A DNA stretch of 64,000 nt from a bacterium (GCA_035402825.1 DAONDZ010000001.1:172839-236838), one strand, 5' to 3'; shown: positions 43,659 to 52,814, counted from the stretch's first letter. The notes: a model not told the origin generated them from the sequence alone. Numbers and translations: made by a program.

Positions 43659-45236
43659 ATGCAAAAAGGAATAATCTATTACCGAGTTTCAACCGAAGAT
43701 CAGGCTCAAACTGGTGTTAGTTTGGAGCAACAGAAAAACGCTTGTCTTGATTACGCTCAAAAGAATGATATTGAAATACTAAAATTATTTCACGATGACG
43801 GAGTGTCTGCTAAAACTACCAAAAGAGCAGGACTTCAAGAACTATTGGCGTATTGTAAAAAGAATCATAAAGAGATTGATTGTTTGATAGTCTATAAAAT
43901 TGACCGGCTATCTCGAAATGTAAAAGACTACGCCACGCTATTAATGGCTTTGGGCGAATTTAACATTAAATTCATATCTACCACTGAAACCGTTAACGAA
44001 ACTTCTAGCGGAAAATTAATTGGCACAATTATGGCCTCGTTCGCTCAATTTGATAATGATGTTAGGAGCGAAAGAGTGTCGGTCTGTATGCTCGAAAAAG
44101 CCAAGCAGGGAATCTGGTGCTTCAAGGCCCCATTCGGTTATCTAAACAGCCGTGATGAGCAAAATAGAGCCATTATAACCATTGATAAGAGTAGGGCCGA
44201 GATTATTAAAATGGCCTTTGAAAAGTTTGCTACAGGATTATATAAAATGGAGGAAATACGGATAATGATGATTAAGGCCGGATTTAAAACCTGGCGAGAT
44301 AAAGAAATAAGCATCCAAAGTGTATTTAGAATTTTGATTGATAAGTTTTATATTGGAGTTATGACGATTAAAGGTCAAGAATATCAGGGGAGCCACGAGG
44401 TTTTTATTAATGAAAACACTTTTTATAAATGTCAAAAATTAATCCGCACTTCTAAACGAGGCGACAATATTGCTTTTAAACGCACTAATGAAATGTTCCC
44501 TCTCAGAAATTTTATTTTATGCCCCTCCTGTGGTCGTCCTTTTACTGCTTGCTTGTCCCGCAACTCCCGGGGTAATTATTACCCGTATTATAGATGTTAT
44601 AACAAAAACTGCCGAGGTTATAAATCAATATCTAAAGATAAATTGGAAAATAAGTTCAGCGATTATCTTAAAAGTATAGCGCCTGATCCTTATTTTGCCA
44701 AAGATTTAAGATTAATAGTTATTGAGGAATGGGAGAAAAAAATTAAAAACTATAAAGGCAGTTTGGTTGATGCCAAAAATCAGTTAGAAGTATTGGAATT
44801 AGAAAAGTCCAAATTGATAGAAATGAAGAAAAAGGACCTGCTTGACGACAATGATTTTAAAGAAGAAATGTCTAAAGTGAAGATTAAAATTGCTGAGAAA
44901 CAGTCTACCCCAGCTGAGAATATTCCTAATAATTTTGACATTAAGAAACAATCCAAAAAAGTTTTTGATATCATTCCCGACCTTGATAAATTTTATAATA
45001 GTCTTGGTTATTATGACAAACTTAAATTTCAGAGTTTGATTTTTCCCGAAAAGGTCTATTTTGATTTTTCAGAAAGTCGAACAGCTAAAATGTCGCTAAT
45101 ATTACAGAATAAAAGAGAACTGGCGACTGCCAGTTCCCCGAAAGTACCCCTCCGAGAGAAGATATCTAAACGATTTAACGAAATTATTGGGGAAATTAAG
45201 CGGTGGGCGAGGTTTTTGGACGAATGCCCATTTTGA
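43659..45236 (+). CDS. Large serine recombinase (integrase), copy 1
   Basis: Resolvase-type catalytic domain (IYYRVSTEDQ...VYKIDRLSRN), recombinase domain, zinc ribbon (CPSCGRPFTAC...YYRCYNKNC), coiled coil. Confidence 0.85.
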   Translation: MQKGIIYYRVSTEDQAQTGVSLEQQKNACLDYAQKNDIEILKLFHDDGVSAKTTKRAGLQELLAYCKKNHKEIDCLIVYKIDRLSRNVKDYATLLMALGEFNIKFISTTETVNETSSGKLIGTIMASFAQFDNDVRSERVSVCMLEKAKQGIWCFKAPFGYLNSRDEQNRAIITIDKSRAEIIKMAFEKFATGLYKMEEIRIMMIKAGFKTWRDKEISIQSVFRILIDKFYIGVMTIKGQEYQGSHEVFINENTFYKCQKLIRTSKRGDNIAFKRTNEMFPLRNFILCPSCGRPFTACLSRNSRGNYYPYYRCYNKNCRGYKSISKDKLENKFSDYLKSIAPDPYFAKDLRLIVIEEWEKKIKNYKGSLVDAKNQLEVLELEKSKLIEMKKKDLLDDNDFKEEMSKVKIKIAEKQSTPAENIPNNFDIKKQSKKVFDIIPDLDKFYNSLGYYDKLKFQSLIFPEKVYFDFSESRTAKMSLILQNKRELATASSPKVPLREKISKRFNEIIGEIKRWARFLDECPF

Positions 45237-45240
45237 TAAT
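45111..45240 (+). repeat. Junction J3 (attP-like hybrid between units E_B and E_C)
   Basis: aaaagagaactggcgactgccagttccccgaaa-gtacccc-tccgagagaagatatctaaacga.... The left half matches 50311-50350 and the right half matches 38317-38399. Confidence 0.65.
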
Positions 45241-45250
45241 TTTTTGGTGC

Positions 45251-45279
45251 TTGACTTTTCCTCAGAAAAGTGGTATTAT
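45251..45279 (+). promoter_or_regulatory. Candidate cargo promoter of unit E_C
   Basis: TTGACT, 17 nt, TATTAT. Confidence 0.5.
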
Positions 45280-45366
45280 TATATATTCAACAAATTAGAC
45301 TTACTGTTTAATTTTAGCTATAATAAAGGAATAATACAAGAGTAAATTTATACTAAAATTAACAAT

Positions 45367-45552
45367 ATGTTAAAAAATCAAGTGAATTCCAACGAAAATA
45401 AAGTTAACCTGATAAATGATATATATAATCAGGCTTTAAACGACATTGAAAAAATTAAAAAGGAAAGGGATAAGAAAATTAAGAATGTTCTGAAAGAAAT
45501 AGATAAAAAGCACGTAGCCAAGGCTCTCAGGGATATAAAAAATTCAAAATAA
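45367..45552 (+). CDS. Hypothetical K/N-rich small protein (61 aa)
   Basis: ORF only, with coiled-coil-like composition. Confidence 0.35.
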   Translation: MLKNQVNSNENKVNLINDIYNQALNDIEKIKKERDKKIKNVLKEIDKKHVAKALRDIKNSK

Positions 45553-45583
45553 TTTTTAATATTAAAAAATAACAATCAATTAT

Positions 45584-46969
45584 ATGAATATGGAAAATCA
45601 AGTCAAGGAATCCCCATTAGAAAAAGCTAAACGGCTAAAAGCCGAAAAAGAAAGCAAAGATCAGGCCAAAATCGAGGCTGAATCTTCCGCTAAAGCTGAA
45701 AAATTGGGGGCTCTTAATAGCCAAAAACAAGGACTAGAAAATCAGCTCGATGAAATTAATTCTAAAATTGAAGCCTCGAGGGGCGAAGCTCATGAAACTA
45801 GGGACACCATGCAAGAGGCTGGCCTAAATAAAGACGAGGAATTTAAAGGTGAATATAATTCCACCATTTCTGAAGTGGCTGGAAATTTAAATGAATTGAG
45901 AAATGAAAGAAATAGAATTAAGGCCGAGTTAGAGCAAATTAATTCTAATATTGAAAATTTTGAAGTCAACGAAGCTATTTCGGAGGGCAAAGAAGCTACT
46001 CAGGAAGCGGTTGAAACTGTTAATCAGGAAAACGAGCAGGCTATAACCCAAGTAGAAAATTATCCCGGTGCTGAAGCTGGGGATATTAAGGCTTCTCAGG
46101 AAATAGTGTCCGAAATAAACCAGGAGGTTAATCAGGTTGTTAAAAATTCTGAGAATAATGTTAAAGAAGTATCCGGTGAAAAAAAAGAGGAAAAAAAGGA
46201 AAAAACATTTGATTTTGATGATATTGCCAAAGAAATCACGTCTGACGTCGCCCATCTTTTAAATGAAGAAGATAAAAGACTGAAGATAGTAAAAGAAAAT
46301 ATTTTAAAAATGCCTAAAGCGAGCAAGGGAGATTATGAAAAAATTTTCGCGGAGGAAGCTGTTAAATTTGAAAGACGCCTCTATACCGTTAACAATTTAT
46401 TAGCTAAGTTAGAATATCCGATTAATAGACTTGCATATCAAGGGAAGTATGACCAAGATCGTGATAAAAATTTGAAGAGGCAGGAAGAATTGGTTAATTA
46501 CATTAATAATATCGCCAACACTAGCCCGGCTAGCCAAAAAGAAACGGAAATATTCAATATTTTGAGAGAAAAAATTGCAAAGGCATCAGACAAGGAGACT
46601 GCGGGAGAAAAAAAAGAAAAAACATTCGAAGAGGTTAGACAGGAAGTGGCGGTAGAAGTCGGTAATCTTGTCAACGCAGAAAGAAATAAATTAAGCGACG
46701 CAGAACTAAGAGTGCGTAATTTTCAAGGAGGCAAGGAAGAATATGAAAAATTAAGACATGATATTTATGGCATTCAATGGGATGCTCGCTACCTCGTAGA
46801 TATTGATGAAAAATTGGAACCTTTAAAAATTATTGCTACACAATCTGGGAAGTTGAAAGAATTTGACAAGATGCATCAGGATCAAACTATTTCTGATTAT
46901 AAAAATTTCAATAAAGTAGCTGGAGAATTGATAGAAGATTTGGACAAAAAGATGTCAAAAACATCCTAG
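45584..46969 (+). CDS. Acidic coiled-coil protein (461 aa) with an internal duplication
   Basis: E/K/N/Q-rich N-terminal half. Two related modules each begin GEKKE(E)K..KTF(D/E) (nt about 46176 and 46604). Confidence 0.6.
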   Translation: MNMENQVKESPLEKAKRLKAEKESKDQAKIEAESSAKAEKLGALNSQKQGLENQLDEINSKIEASRGEAHETRDTMQEAGLNKDEEFKGEYNSTISEVAGNLNELRNERNRIKAELEQINSNIENFEVNEAISEGKEATQEAVETVNQENEQAITQVENYPGAEAGDIKASQEIVSEINQEVNQVVKNSENNVKEVSGEKKEEKKEKTFDFDDIAKEITSDVAHLLNEEDKRLKIVKENILKMPKASKGDYEKIFAEEAVKFERRLYTVNNLLAKLEYPINRLAYQGKYDQDRDKNLKRQEELVNYINNIANTSPASQKETEIFNILREKIAKASDKETAGEKKEKTFEEVRQEVAVEVGNLVNAERNKLSDAELRVRNFQGGKEEYEKLRHDIYGIQWDARYLVDIDEKLEPLKIIATQSGKLKEFDKMHQDQTISDYKNFNKVAGELIEDLDKKMSKTS

Positions 46970-46999
46970 ATAAATTTTACAGGATTATAAAAAAACTAC

Positions 47000-47030
47000 A
47001 AAAACGCTTTTAAAAGGGCGTTTTTGTGTT
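47000..47030 (+). terminator. Intrinsic terminator after the E_C cargo
   Basis: aaaaacgc / ttttaaaagg / gcgttttt followed by gtgttt. Confidence 0.5.
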
Positions 47031-47039
47031 TAATAATAT

Positions 47040-47682
47040 TTATCCACAGCGAAATATTAGCAAAACTAATTATTTTAAAAAATTGTTAAAATCACTCGCA
47101 AAACCAGCCCTTAACCCGCCCTCAAAAATATGGTATAATATAGTTGGACTAAAATAAAAATAAACTAACGCTGGGAACCACGGTTGAAACGGTATAAAGA
47201 TTATTGTATGCGCTTCTAAATAAAATAAAACTCAAAAAATATTATCCCTTGCAAAAATTAGCAAAGTCCAGTCTTTGCCAATTTAAACTTTAAACCAACA
47301 TTAGGCCGATGTTCGGTTTTTTTGTTTTGGTAAAGAGTAGTCGTCGGTTAGCAGTCTTGCCGTTGCTAGCCGACGACCATGCCTGTTTAGTCTCTCGTCT
47401 TTGGCTAAGCAGGTTGGTAATTCCTTTTAGGTGAACATAAGCGTATGATCTTGATTTAGCCCATTAGCGGCGTTTGCCCCGTTGCTAGTGGCTTGTTCTG
47501 TTCTTTTAATTTCTCATTATTGACGCCGCCGGACTGGATTTTTTCTTTTTTCGGCGAGTTGTCTGCGAGCCGAAAAAGAAAAACCAGCCGAGGCGGTAAA
47601 TGAGATTTTAGACAGAATAGTTCCCAGTGTGCCGTCGTCATATTAGACTTGACTATAGGCACACTTAACGCCGTGATAACTT
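47040..47682 (+). other. Conserved structured non-coding region upstream of Rep (copy 2)
   Basis: TTAACC, 17 nt, TATAAT (47111-47139, with TG). Hairpin plus T run at 47295-47329. Nested structure 47512-47608. Hairpin gtgtgcc...ggcacac at 47627-47664 with the same loop, tattagacttgactat. Confidence 0.55.
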
Positions 47683-48468
47683 ATGGAGATTAAACCACGA
47701 GTTTATCGGCAAAAGCTGATAGAGTCGGGTGATTATGTAGAAATATATGACTTTGAGAATTTCATTAAAATCAATCAAAAAAGAAAAAAGAGAAGAAATA
47801 AAAATAAAATTAAAAAAGATACTAATGACGAGGATAAAGAAAACGAGCAAAACTTAAAAAGCCATTTTTCATTGAGGCGGAGCCGATCAAATATTATTCG
47901 GTTGGTAAATTCCAACCCCGATTTAAAAGTATTTATCACCTTAACTTTTGATAGCCATAAATTTGGGGATAAGCCATTTACTGATTTTAAGGAATGTAAT
48001 TTGATATTTTCTAATTTCATTAAGCGGTTAAAACGGAAATACCCTGAATTAAAATATCTGGCCGTTCCCGAATTTCAAAGCGATTATTATCACCGCACTA
48101 ACATCAGAAAAGAATTTGGCGGTAATATTCACTATCATTTGCTGTCTAATTTGCCATTTATTCAGAGCGAAGAATTAGAGAAAATTTGGGGCTACGGATT
48201 CATTAAAATCAATAATATCCGACAGGTGTCTGCTGTCGGGCCGTATGTCGCCAAATATATCGGCAAAGAATTATTTGACGGTCGCTTAAATGGAAAGAAA
48301 AAATTGTTTTATTCGAGGACTCTTAATCGCTCTAAAATTGTTATTACTTATTCAAGAATAAAAGAATATCTCAACAACTTAAAATCACCTCTCCAGCTTT
48401 TGCACGAGACAACTTATCAGGCCGAATATGTCGGCAGAGTTCGCTATCGGCTCTATAAACAAAGGTAG
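47683..48468 (+). CDS. HUH rolling-circle replication initiator, copy 2
   Basis: Same three motifs as copy 1 (VFITLTF, NIHYHLLS, GPYVAKYIGKE). Differs mainly in the basic, low-complexity residues 30-65. Confidence 0.7.
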   Translation: MEIKPRVYRQKLIESGDYVEIYDFENFIKINQKRKKRRNKNKIKKDTNDEDKENEQNLKSHFSLRRSRSNIIRLVNSNPDLKVFITLTFDSHKFGDKPFTDFKECNLIFSNFIKRLKRKYPELKYLAVPEFQSDYYHRTNIRKEFGGNIHYHLLSNLPFIQSEELEKIWGYGFIKINNIRQVSAVGPYVAKYIGKELFDGRLNGKKKLFYSRTLNRSKIVITYSRIKEYLNNLKSPLQLLHETTYQAEYVGRVRYRLYKQR

Positions 48469-48517
48469 CCTAGTTAATAAACTAAAGTTGAATACCGACC
48501 CATTCAATATTCAACTC

Positions 48518-48673
48518 ATGATTAGTTTGACAGTCCTTAAAAAATTAATAGTAAGCCGTGGCCGACAGTATTCCGATGACGAATTGGAGACAATCAGGCG
48601 CGACTTATACCAACTGGCTCATCTTTCGTTCAAGTATTATCTTAATCAGCAAAAAAAGCTATTGTCAAAATAA
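48518..48673 (+). CDS. Small helical protein, YSDDELE-RRDLY family (E_C copy)
   Basis: MISLTVLKKLIVSRGRQYSDDELETIRRDLYQLAHLSFKYYLNQQKKLLSK. The track ORF 48428 starts inside Rep; ATG 48518 is preferred. Confidence 0.45.
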   Translation: MISLTVLKKLIVSRGRQYSDDELETIRRDLYQLAHLSFKYYLNQQKKLLSK

Positions 48674-48852
48674 AAATATATGCTAATATCCTTAATGGAC
48701 ACAATTAAATTAAGGCATAGCAACTATTCTCAAATCATAATGACGGCAGATGAGTCGTTTTGATATAAAGGGAGCAGTGGCTGTTTCAGTTATGCCTTGC
48801 ATAATTGTGTCCGACAGTTCACTGCTCTCTTTTTATTATTAACTTTAAATTT
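48662..48852 (+). promoter_or_regulatory. Promoter plus structured leader of the recombinase gene (copy 2)
   Basis: TTGTCA...TAATAT. P1 ggacacaatta/taattgtgtcc; P2 aaggcata/tatgcctt (a different sequence from copy 1, but still paired); same conserved loop and same cactgctc-tctcttttt end. Confidence 0.5.
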
Positions 48853-50382
48853 ATGGCCAAGCAAAAAGGTATTGTTTATTACCGAGTTTCTACCGAAGAT
48901 CAAGCTCAAACTGGCATTAGCTTAGAACAGCAGAAAAATGCCTGCCTTGATTATGCTCAAAAGAATGAAATTGAAATCTTGAAATTATTTCACGATGACG
49001 GCGTGTCCGCCAAAACTACCAAAAGGGCAGGCCTTCAAGAGTTGCTGGCGTATTGTAAAAAGAATTACAAAGAGATTGATTGTCTGATAGTTTATAAAAT
49101 TGACCGCTTGTCCCGAAATGTAAAAGACTACGCTACCTTGCTTATGGTTCTTGGCGAATTAAACATTAAATTCATTTCCACCACCGAAACAGTCAACGAT
49201 ACATCGAGCGGAAAGCTTATTGGCACGATTATGGCCTCATTTGCTCAATTTGATAATGATGTGCGAAGTGAAAGGGTGTCGGTTTGTATGCTGGAAAAGG
49301 CCAAGCAGGGGATTTGGTGCTTCAAAGCCCCATTTGGTTATCTAAACAGTCGAGATGGGCAAAATAGAGCCATTATAACCGTTGATAAGGAGCGTATGCC
49401 CATTATAAAAATGGCCTTTGAAAAGTTTGCCACGGGTTTATACAAAATGGAGGAAATTAGGCAGATGATGATTAAGGCCGGATTTAAAACATGGCGAGAT
49501 AAGGAAATAAGTATTCAAAGCGTATTCAGGATTTTAATTGATAAGTTCTATATTGGCGTTATGACGATTAAGGGCCAAGAATATCAAGGCAGTCATGAGA
49601 TATTTATTAATGAAAATACTTTTTATAAATGCCAAAAATTAATCCGTACTTCCAAGCGAGGCGACAATATTTCCTTTAAACGCACTAACGAATTATTCCC
49701 CTTGCGAAATTTTATTTTATGTCCCTCTTGCGGTCGGCCTTTCACCGCCTGCTTATCAAAAAATCACCAAGGCAAGCTCTACCCCTATTATATGTGCTAT
49801 AACAAACTCTGCCGAGGCTATAAGTCCATATCCAAAGATAAGCTGGAAAATCAGTTCAGCGATTATTTGAAAAATATATCGCCTGATCCTGATTTTGCTA
49901 AAGCTTATCAAGTAATTGTGGTCGAGGAATGGGAAAAAGGCTTGAAAAACTATCAAAGCAGTCTGGCTAATATAAAAAATGAATTAGATCAGTTGGAAAT
50001 AGAAAAATCTAAATTAATTGAAATGAAGAAAAAAGAGCTTTTAGATGACGAGGATTTTAAAGAGGAAATGTATAGAGTAAAAGTTAAAATAGCTGATAAA
50101 CAAAATTTTCCAGCCGACAATATCGCCGATGATTTTGATGTTAAAAAAGAATCTAAAAAAATTTTTACCATTATCCCTAATTTGGATAAATTCTATAATG
50201 GATTAAATTATTACGAAAAAATTAAACTACAAGGTTTGATTTTTCCTGAAAAGCCGGTGTTTGATTTTTCCGAAAATCGAACCCACAAAATCTCGCTAAT
50301 ATTACAAAACAAAAGAGAGCTGGCAAGTGCCAGTTCTCCGAAAGTACCCCCAAGAGGAATCGAACCTCTATGGTCAGCTTAG
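48853..50382 (+). CDS. Large serine recombinase (integrase), copy 2; its 3' end runs antisense into tRNA-Arg
   Basis: MAKQKGIVYYRVSTEDQ..., collinear with copy 1 up to ...SSPKVP, then PRGIEPLWSA* encoded opposite the tRNA. ATG 48853 preferred. Confidence 0.85.
   Translation: MAKQKGIVYYRVSTEDQAQTGISLEQQKNACLDYAQKNEIEILKLFHDDGVSAKTTKRAGLQELLAYCKKNYKEIDCLIVYKIDRLSRNVKDYATLLMVLGELNIKFISTTETVNDTSSGKLIGTIMASFAQFDNDVRSERVSVCMLEKAKQGIWCFKAPFGYLNSRDGQNRAIITVDKERMPIIKMAFEKFATGLYKMEEIRQMMIKAGFKTWRDKEISIQSVFRILIDKFYIGVMTIKGQEYQGSHEIFINENTFYKCQKLIRTSKRGDNISFKRTNELFPLRNFILCPSCGRPFTACLSKNHQGKLYPYYMCYNKLCRGYKSISKDKLENQFSDYLKNISPDPDFAKAYQVIVVEEWEKGLKNYQSSLANIKNELDQLEIEKSKLIEMKKKELLDDEDFKEEMYRVKVKIADKQNFPADNIADDFDVKKESKKIFTIIPNLDKFYNGLNYYEKIKLQGLIFPEKPVFDFSENRTHKISLILQNKRELASASSPKVPPRGIEPLWSA
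50311..50350 (+). repeat. Junction J4 (attR-like): element right arm plus core, fused to the tRNA-Arg acceptor stem
   Basis: aaaagagagctggcaagtgccagttctccgaaa-gtacccc, then caagaggaatcgaacc (the tRNA T arm, antisense). Confidence 0.65.
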
Positions 50383-50416
50383 AAGGCTGGTGTTCTATCC
50401 ATTGAACTATGGGGGC
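50345..50416 (-). tRNA. tRNA-Arg (anticodon TCT)
   Basis: Reverse complement gccccca-ta-gttc...ccagc-ctTCTaa-gctga...agagg-ttcgatt-cctct-tgggggt-a. Position 72 gives a G1-U72 pair, and this end coincides with the island junction. Confidence 0.85.
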
Positions 50417-50439
50417 AAAACAGCTCTAACTTAGCAGAG

Positions 50440-51234
50440 CTAGGCGTCAATGTCAACGAAATCTCTTTGTCGCAGAGCTTCATAGGCGATAATGGCGGCG
50501 GAAACGGAAACATTTAAGGAATCTAAATCAGCTTGCATCGGAATCTTGATAGCCGCATCGGCTCCGGTTAGCCACTGGTCGCTGAGCCCTTCCGCTTCGG
50601 TTCCCAACACAATAGCGCTGGCTTTTTGCCAATCTATTTCTTGGTAGTTTTTAGCGGCTTGAGTGGAGGCGGCATAGCTCTTGATTTTGTTCTTTTTTAG
50701 CCAGGCCATGATAGCCGGAGTTGAGGCTGAGGCGGTTTGGACTTTAAAAACATTTCCTTGGCTGGCGCGTATCACATTAGGGTGATAGATATCAGTCTGT
50801 TCATCGGCGATAATGACAGCATCAATATTTCCCGCGGCAGCAGTGCGGATGATAGCGCCTAAGTTACCCGGCTTCTCAACGGTTTCTAGAATAATTAGCA
50901 AAGGATTTGGTTTTAGTTTTAAATCTTCCAGCGCAGTATTTTTTATTTTCGCCACCGCCAGATAACCATCCGGATTTTCTTTTTGGGAAATAAGGTTAAA
51001 TATTTTCAGTGACACCGGAATGAGGATGGTTTTAGTGGTGAGCAGATCTTGGCTCTTAACCAATTCGGGGCAATAGAAAATTTCTTGGAGCGGCCAATGA
51101 TTAGCCAGCGCCATCTTAATTTCTCGTTCACCATCAATGATAGTCAAGCCATTTTTCTGTCTGACGCGGTGTTTATTGAGCTTGACTAATTGCTTGATTT
51201 TTTCGTTTTGCGGACTAATTATGGTTTCGGTCAT
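50440..51234 (-). CDS. TrmH/SpoU-family RNA 2'-O-methyltransferase (RlmB-like)
   Basis: LLIILETVEKPGNLGAIIRTAAAGNIDAVII and SLNVSVSAAIIAYE (SPOUT knot motifs). Confidence 0.8.
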   Translation of the reverse strand: MTETIISPQNEKIKQLVKLNKHRVRQKNGLTIIDGEREIKMALANHWPLQEIFYCPELVKSQDLLTTKTILIPVSLKIFNLISQKENPDGYLAVAKIKNTALEDLKLKPNPLLIILETVEKPGNLGAIIRTAAAGNIDAVIIADEQTDIYHPNVIRASQGNVFKVQTASASTPAIMAWLKKNKIKSYAASTQAAKNYQEIDWQKASAIVLGTEAEGLSDQWLTGADAAIKIPMQADLDSLNVSVSAAIIAYEALRQRDFVDIDA

Positions 51235-51331
51235 ATTATCTCCATTTTACAAGGGCTTTTATATATTGTCAAAAGACCATAATCTAGCTATAATAGGAAT
51301 ACTATTTAACATTCCCGTGCTAAATTTATTT

Positions 51332-52810
51332 ATGCTTAGTTGCGACTTTAAAGACAAAATTGATCGGGAGGAAGGCCATCGCTATCCACCTTTAAATAAT
51401 CAACCTAAACCAGCTAAAGGCTGGTATATTTTAGGGTTTTTAGTGGCCGGTATTATCCTTTTTTCCGCTACTTTGCTCATTGGCGGCGAAGGCCAACAGT
51501 CTTGGGCCAATATTCCTTTCTTAGGCCGGTTGCTGGGCGGAGACAAAGCACTGCAAGGAGAGAATGAAGACAGAATAAATATTTTGCTTTTAGGTATGGG
51601 CGGCAAGAATCATGATGGCGGACTGCTGACCGATACTATTATCTTAGCCAGTCTCAAGCCATCTACCCAAGAAGGCGTCCTATTGTCCTTGCCCCGCGAT
51701 ATGGCTGTCCCCACTCAGAATGGTAATTGGCAAAAAGTTAATTCCATTAATGCCTATGCCGAATCTCGGAAAGAAAATGGCAGTCAGGTTTTAGCGGATA
51801 ATCTTAGCAATCTATTGGAGGTGCCGATAAACTATTATGTCCGAGTGGATTTTGACGGTTTTGTGAAGATGATTGATGACATTGGCGGCATTGATATTGA
51901 GGTGGATAATACTTTAGATGATTATCAATATCCTATCCGCGGCGAAGAAGACAACCCCAGTTATAATGCCCGCTATGAACACTTGCATATTGATAAAGGC
52001 TGGCAGCATATGGACGGCACCTTGGCTTTAAAGTATGTTCGTAGCCGTCATGGTATCAATGGCGAAGGTTCAGATTTCGCTCGCAGCCGCAGACAGCAGA
52101 AAGTTATCTCGGCAGGCAAAGAGAAATTATTAAAAAGTGAAAATTTACTCAAACCTGGCATGATTGCCCGGGTGATTGCCGATTTGAATCAGAATATTAG
52201 TACCAATTTAGGCGTTTGGGAAATTGCTCGACTTTGGAATTTGTTTAAAGATATTAATCAGGACAAAATAGTGAACAAAGTTTTAGATGACGGTCCGACT
52301 AACTATCTCTCGGCCACCATCGGCGTTGATGGCGCCTATCTGCTAGTCCCCAAGACCGGAAATTTCTCCGCTATCCGCGCTTTTGTGCAAACCCTCATGG
52401 CACCGGCGCAGAAGACGGACAATAATACTGAGGCTAAGACCGAAGAAAATAAACTGAGCTCAGCTAATTTAAGCAATGTTAATTTTGTCGCTCCGGCCTT
52501 AGTGGAAATAAAGAACGGCACCACCATTAAAGGTTTAGCCACTCAAGTAGCTAACGAAATGAAGGAAGCTAACTTCTCCGTGACTAGAATTAGCAATGCC
52601 AGTCAGCAAGACTTTATCCAGACTGTAATTTTTGATTTAACCTATGGCGCCAAGCCCGAGGCTTTGAAAGGTTTGCAAAAACTGACTAAAGCTAAGATTG
52701 AGAAAACCTTGCCTGATTGGTTGACTCAGGAAATTAAAGATAGCGTTAAAGCCGATCCCAGCCAGCGTCGCCCTGATTTCATTGTAATTTTGGGCAGCGA
52801 TAACCAATAA
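51332..52810 (+). CDS. LytR-CpsA-Psr (LCP) family protein with a LytR_C domain
   Basis: INILLLGMGG...LTDTIILASL...LSLPRDMAV...NYYVRVDFDGFVKMIDDIGGIDIEV. ATG 51332 chosen because the longer ORF overlaps the antisense trmH-like gene. Confidence 0.8.
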   Translation: MLSCDFKDKIDREEGHRYPPLNNQPKPAKGWYILGFLVAGIILFSATLLIGGEGQQSWANIPFLGRLLGGDKALQGENEDRINILLLGMGGKNHDGGLLTDTIILASLKPSTQEGVLLSLPRDMAVPTQNGNWQKVNSINAYAESRKENGSQVLADNLSNLLEVPINYYVRVDFDGFVKMIDDIGGIDIEVDNTLDDYQYPIRGEEDNPSYNARYEHLHIDKGWQHMDGTLALKYVRSRHGINGEGSDFARSRRQQKVISAGKEKLLKSENLLKPGMIARVIADLNQNISTNLGVWEIARLWNLFKDINQDKIVNKVLDDGPTNYLSATIGVDGAYLLVPKTGNFSAIRAFVQTLMAPAQKTDNNTEAKTEENKLSSANLSNVNFVAPALVEIKNGTTIKGLATQVANEMKEANFSVTRISNASQQDFIQTVIFDLTYGAKPEALKGLQKLTKAKIEKTLPDWLTQEIKDSVKADPSQRRPDFIVILGSDNQ

Positions 52811-52814
52811 TAAT

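Larger units (their letters stand above)
38310..45150 (+). mobile_element. Unit E_B: DGR-carrying integrative element with rolling-circle Rep and a serine recombinase (about 6.8 kb)
   Basis: Bounded by J2 and J3. The backbone from 41691 onward aligns with unit E_C from 47040 onward. Confidence 0.65.
36888..50350. mobile_element. Composite integrated island at the 3' end of tRNA-Arg(TCT), made of three tandem units
   Basis: Four junctions share a core of the form gtaCCCC: 36888 (gtgctct), 38310 (gtactcc), 45144 and 50344 (gtacccc). The right-hand arm tccgagaRgaa... recurs at the first three. The left-hand arm aaaagagaRctggcNNNNgccagttcYc.gaaa recurs at the last three. The fourth continues directly into the tRNA. 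Confidence 0.7.
45144..50350 (+). mobile_element. Unit E_C: sister integrative element (about 5.2 kb) with coiled-coil cargo, Rep and serine recombinase, abutting tRNA-Arg
   Basis: Bounded by J3 and J4. Rep and recombinase are close paralogues of those in E_B. Confidence 0.65.
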
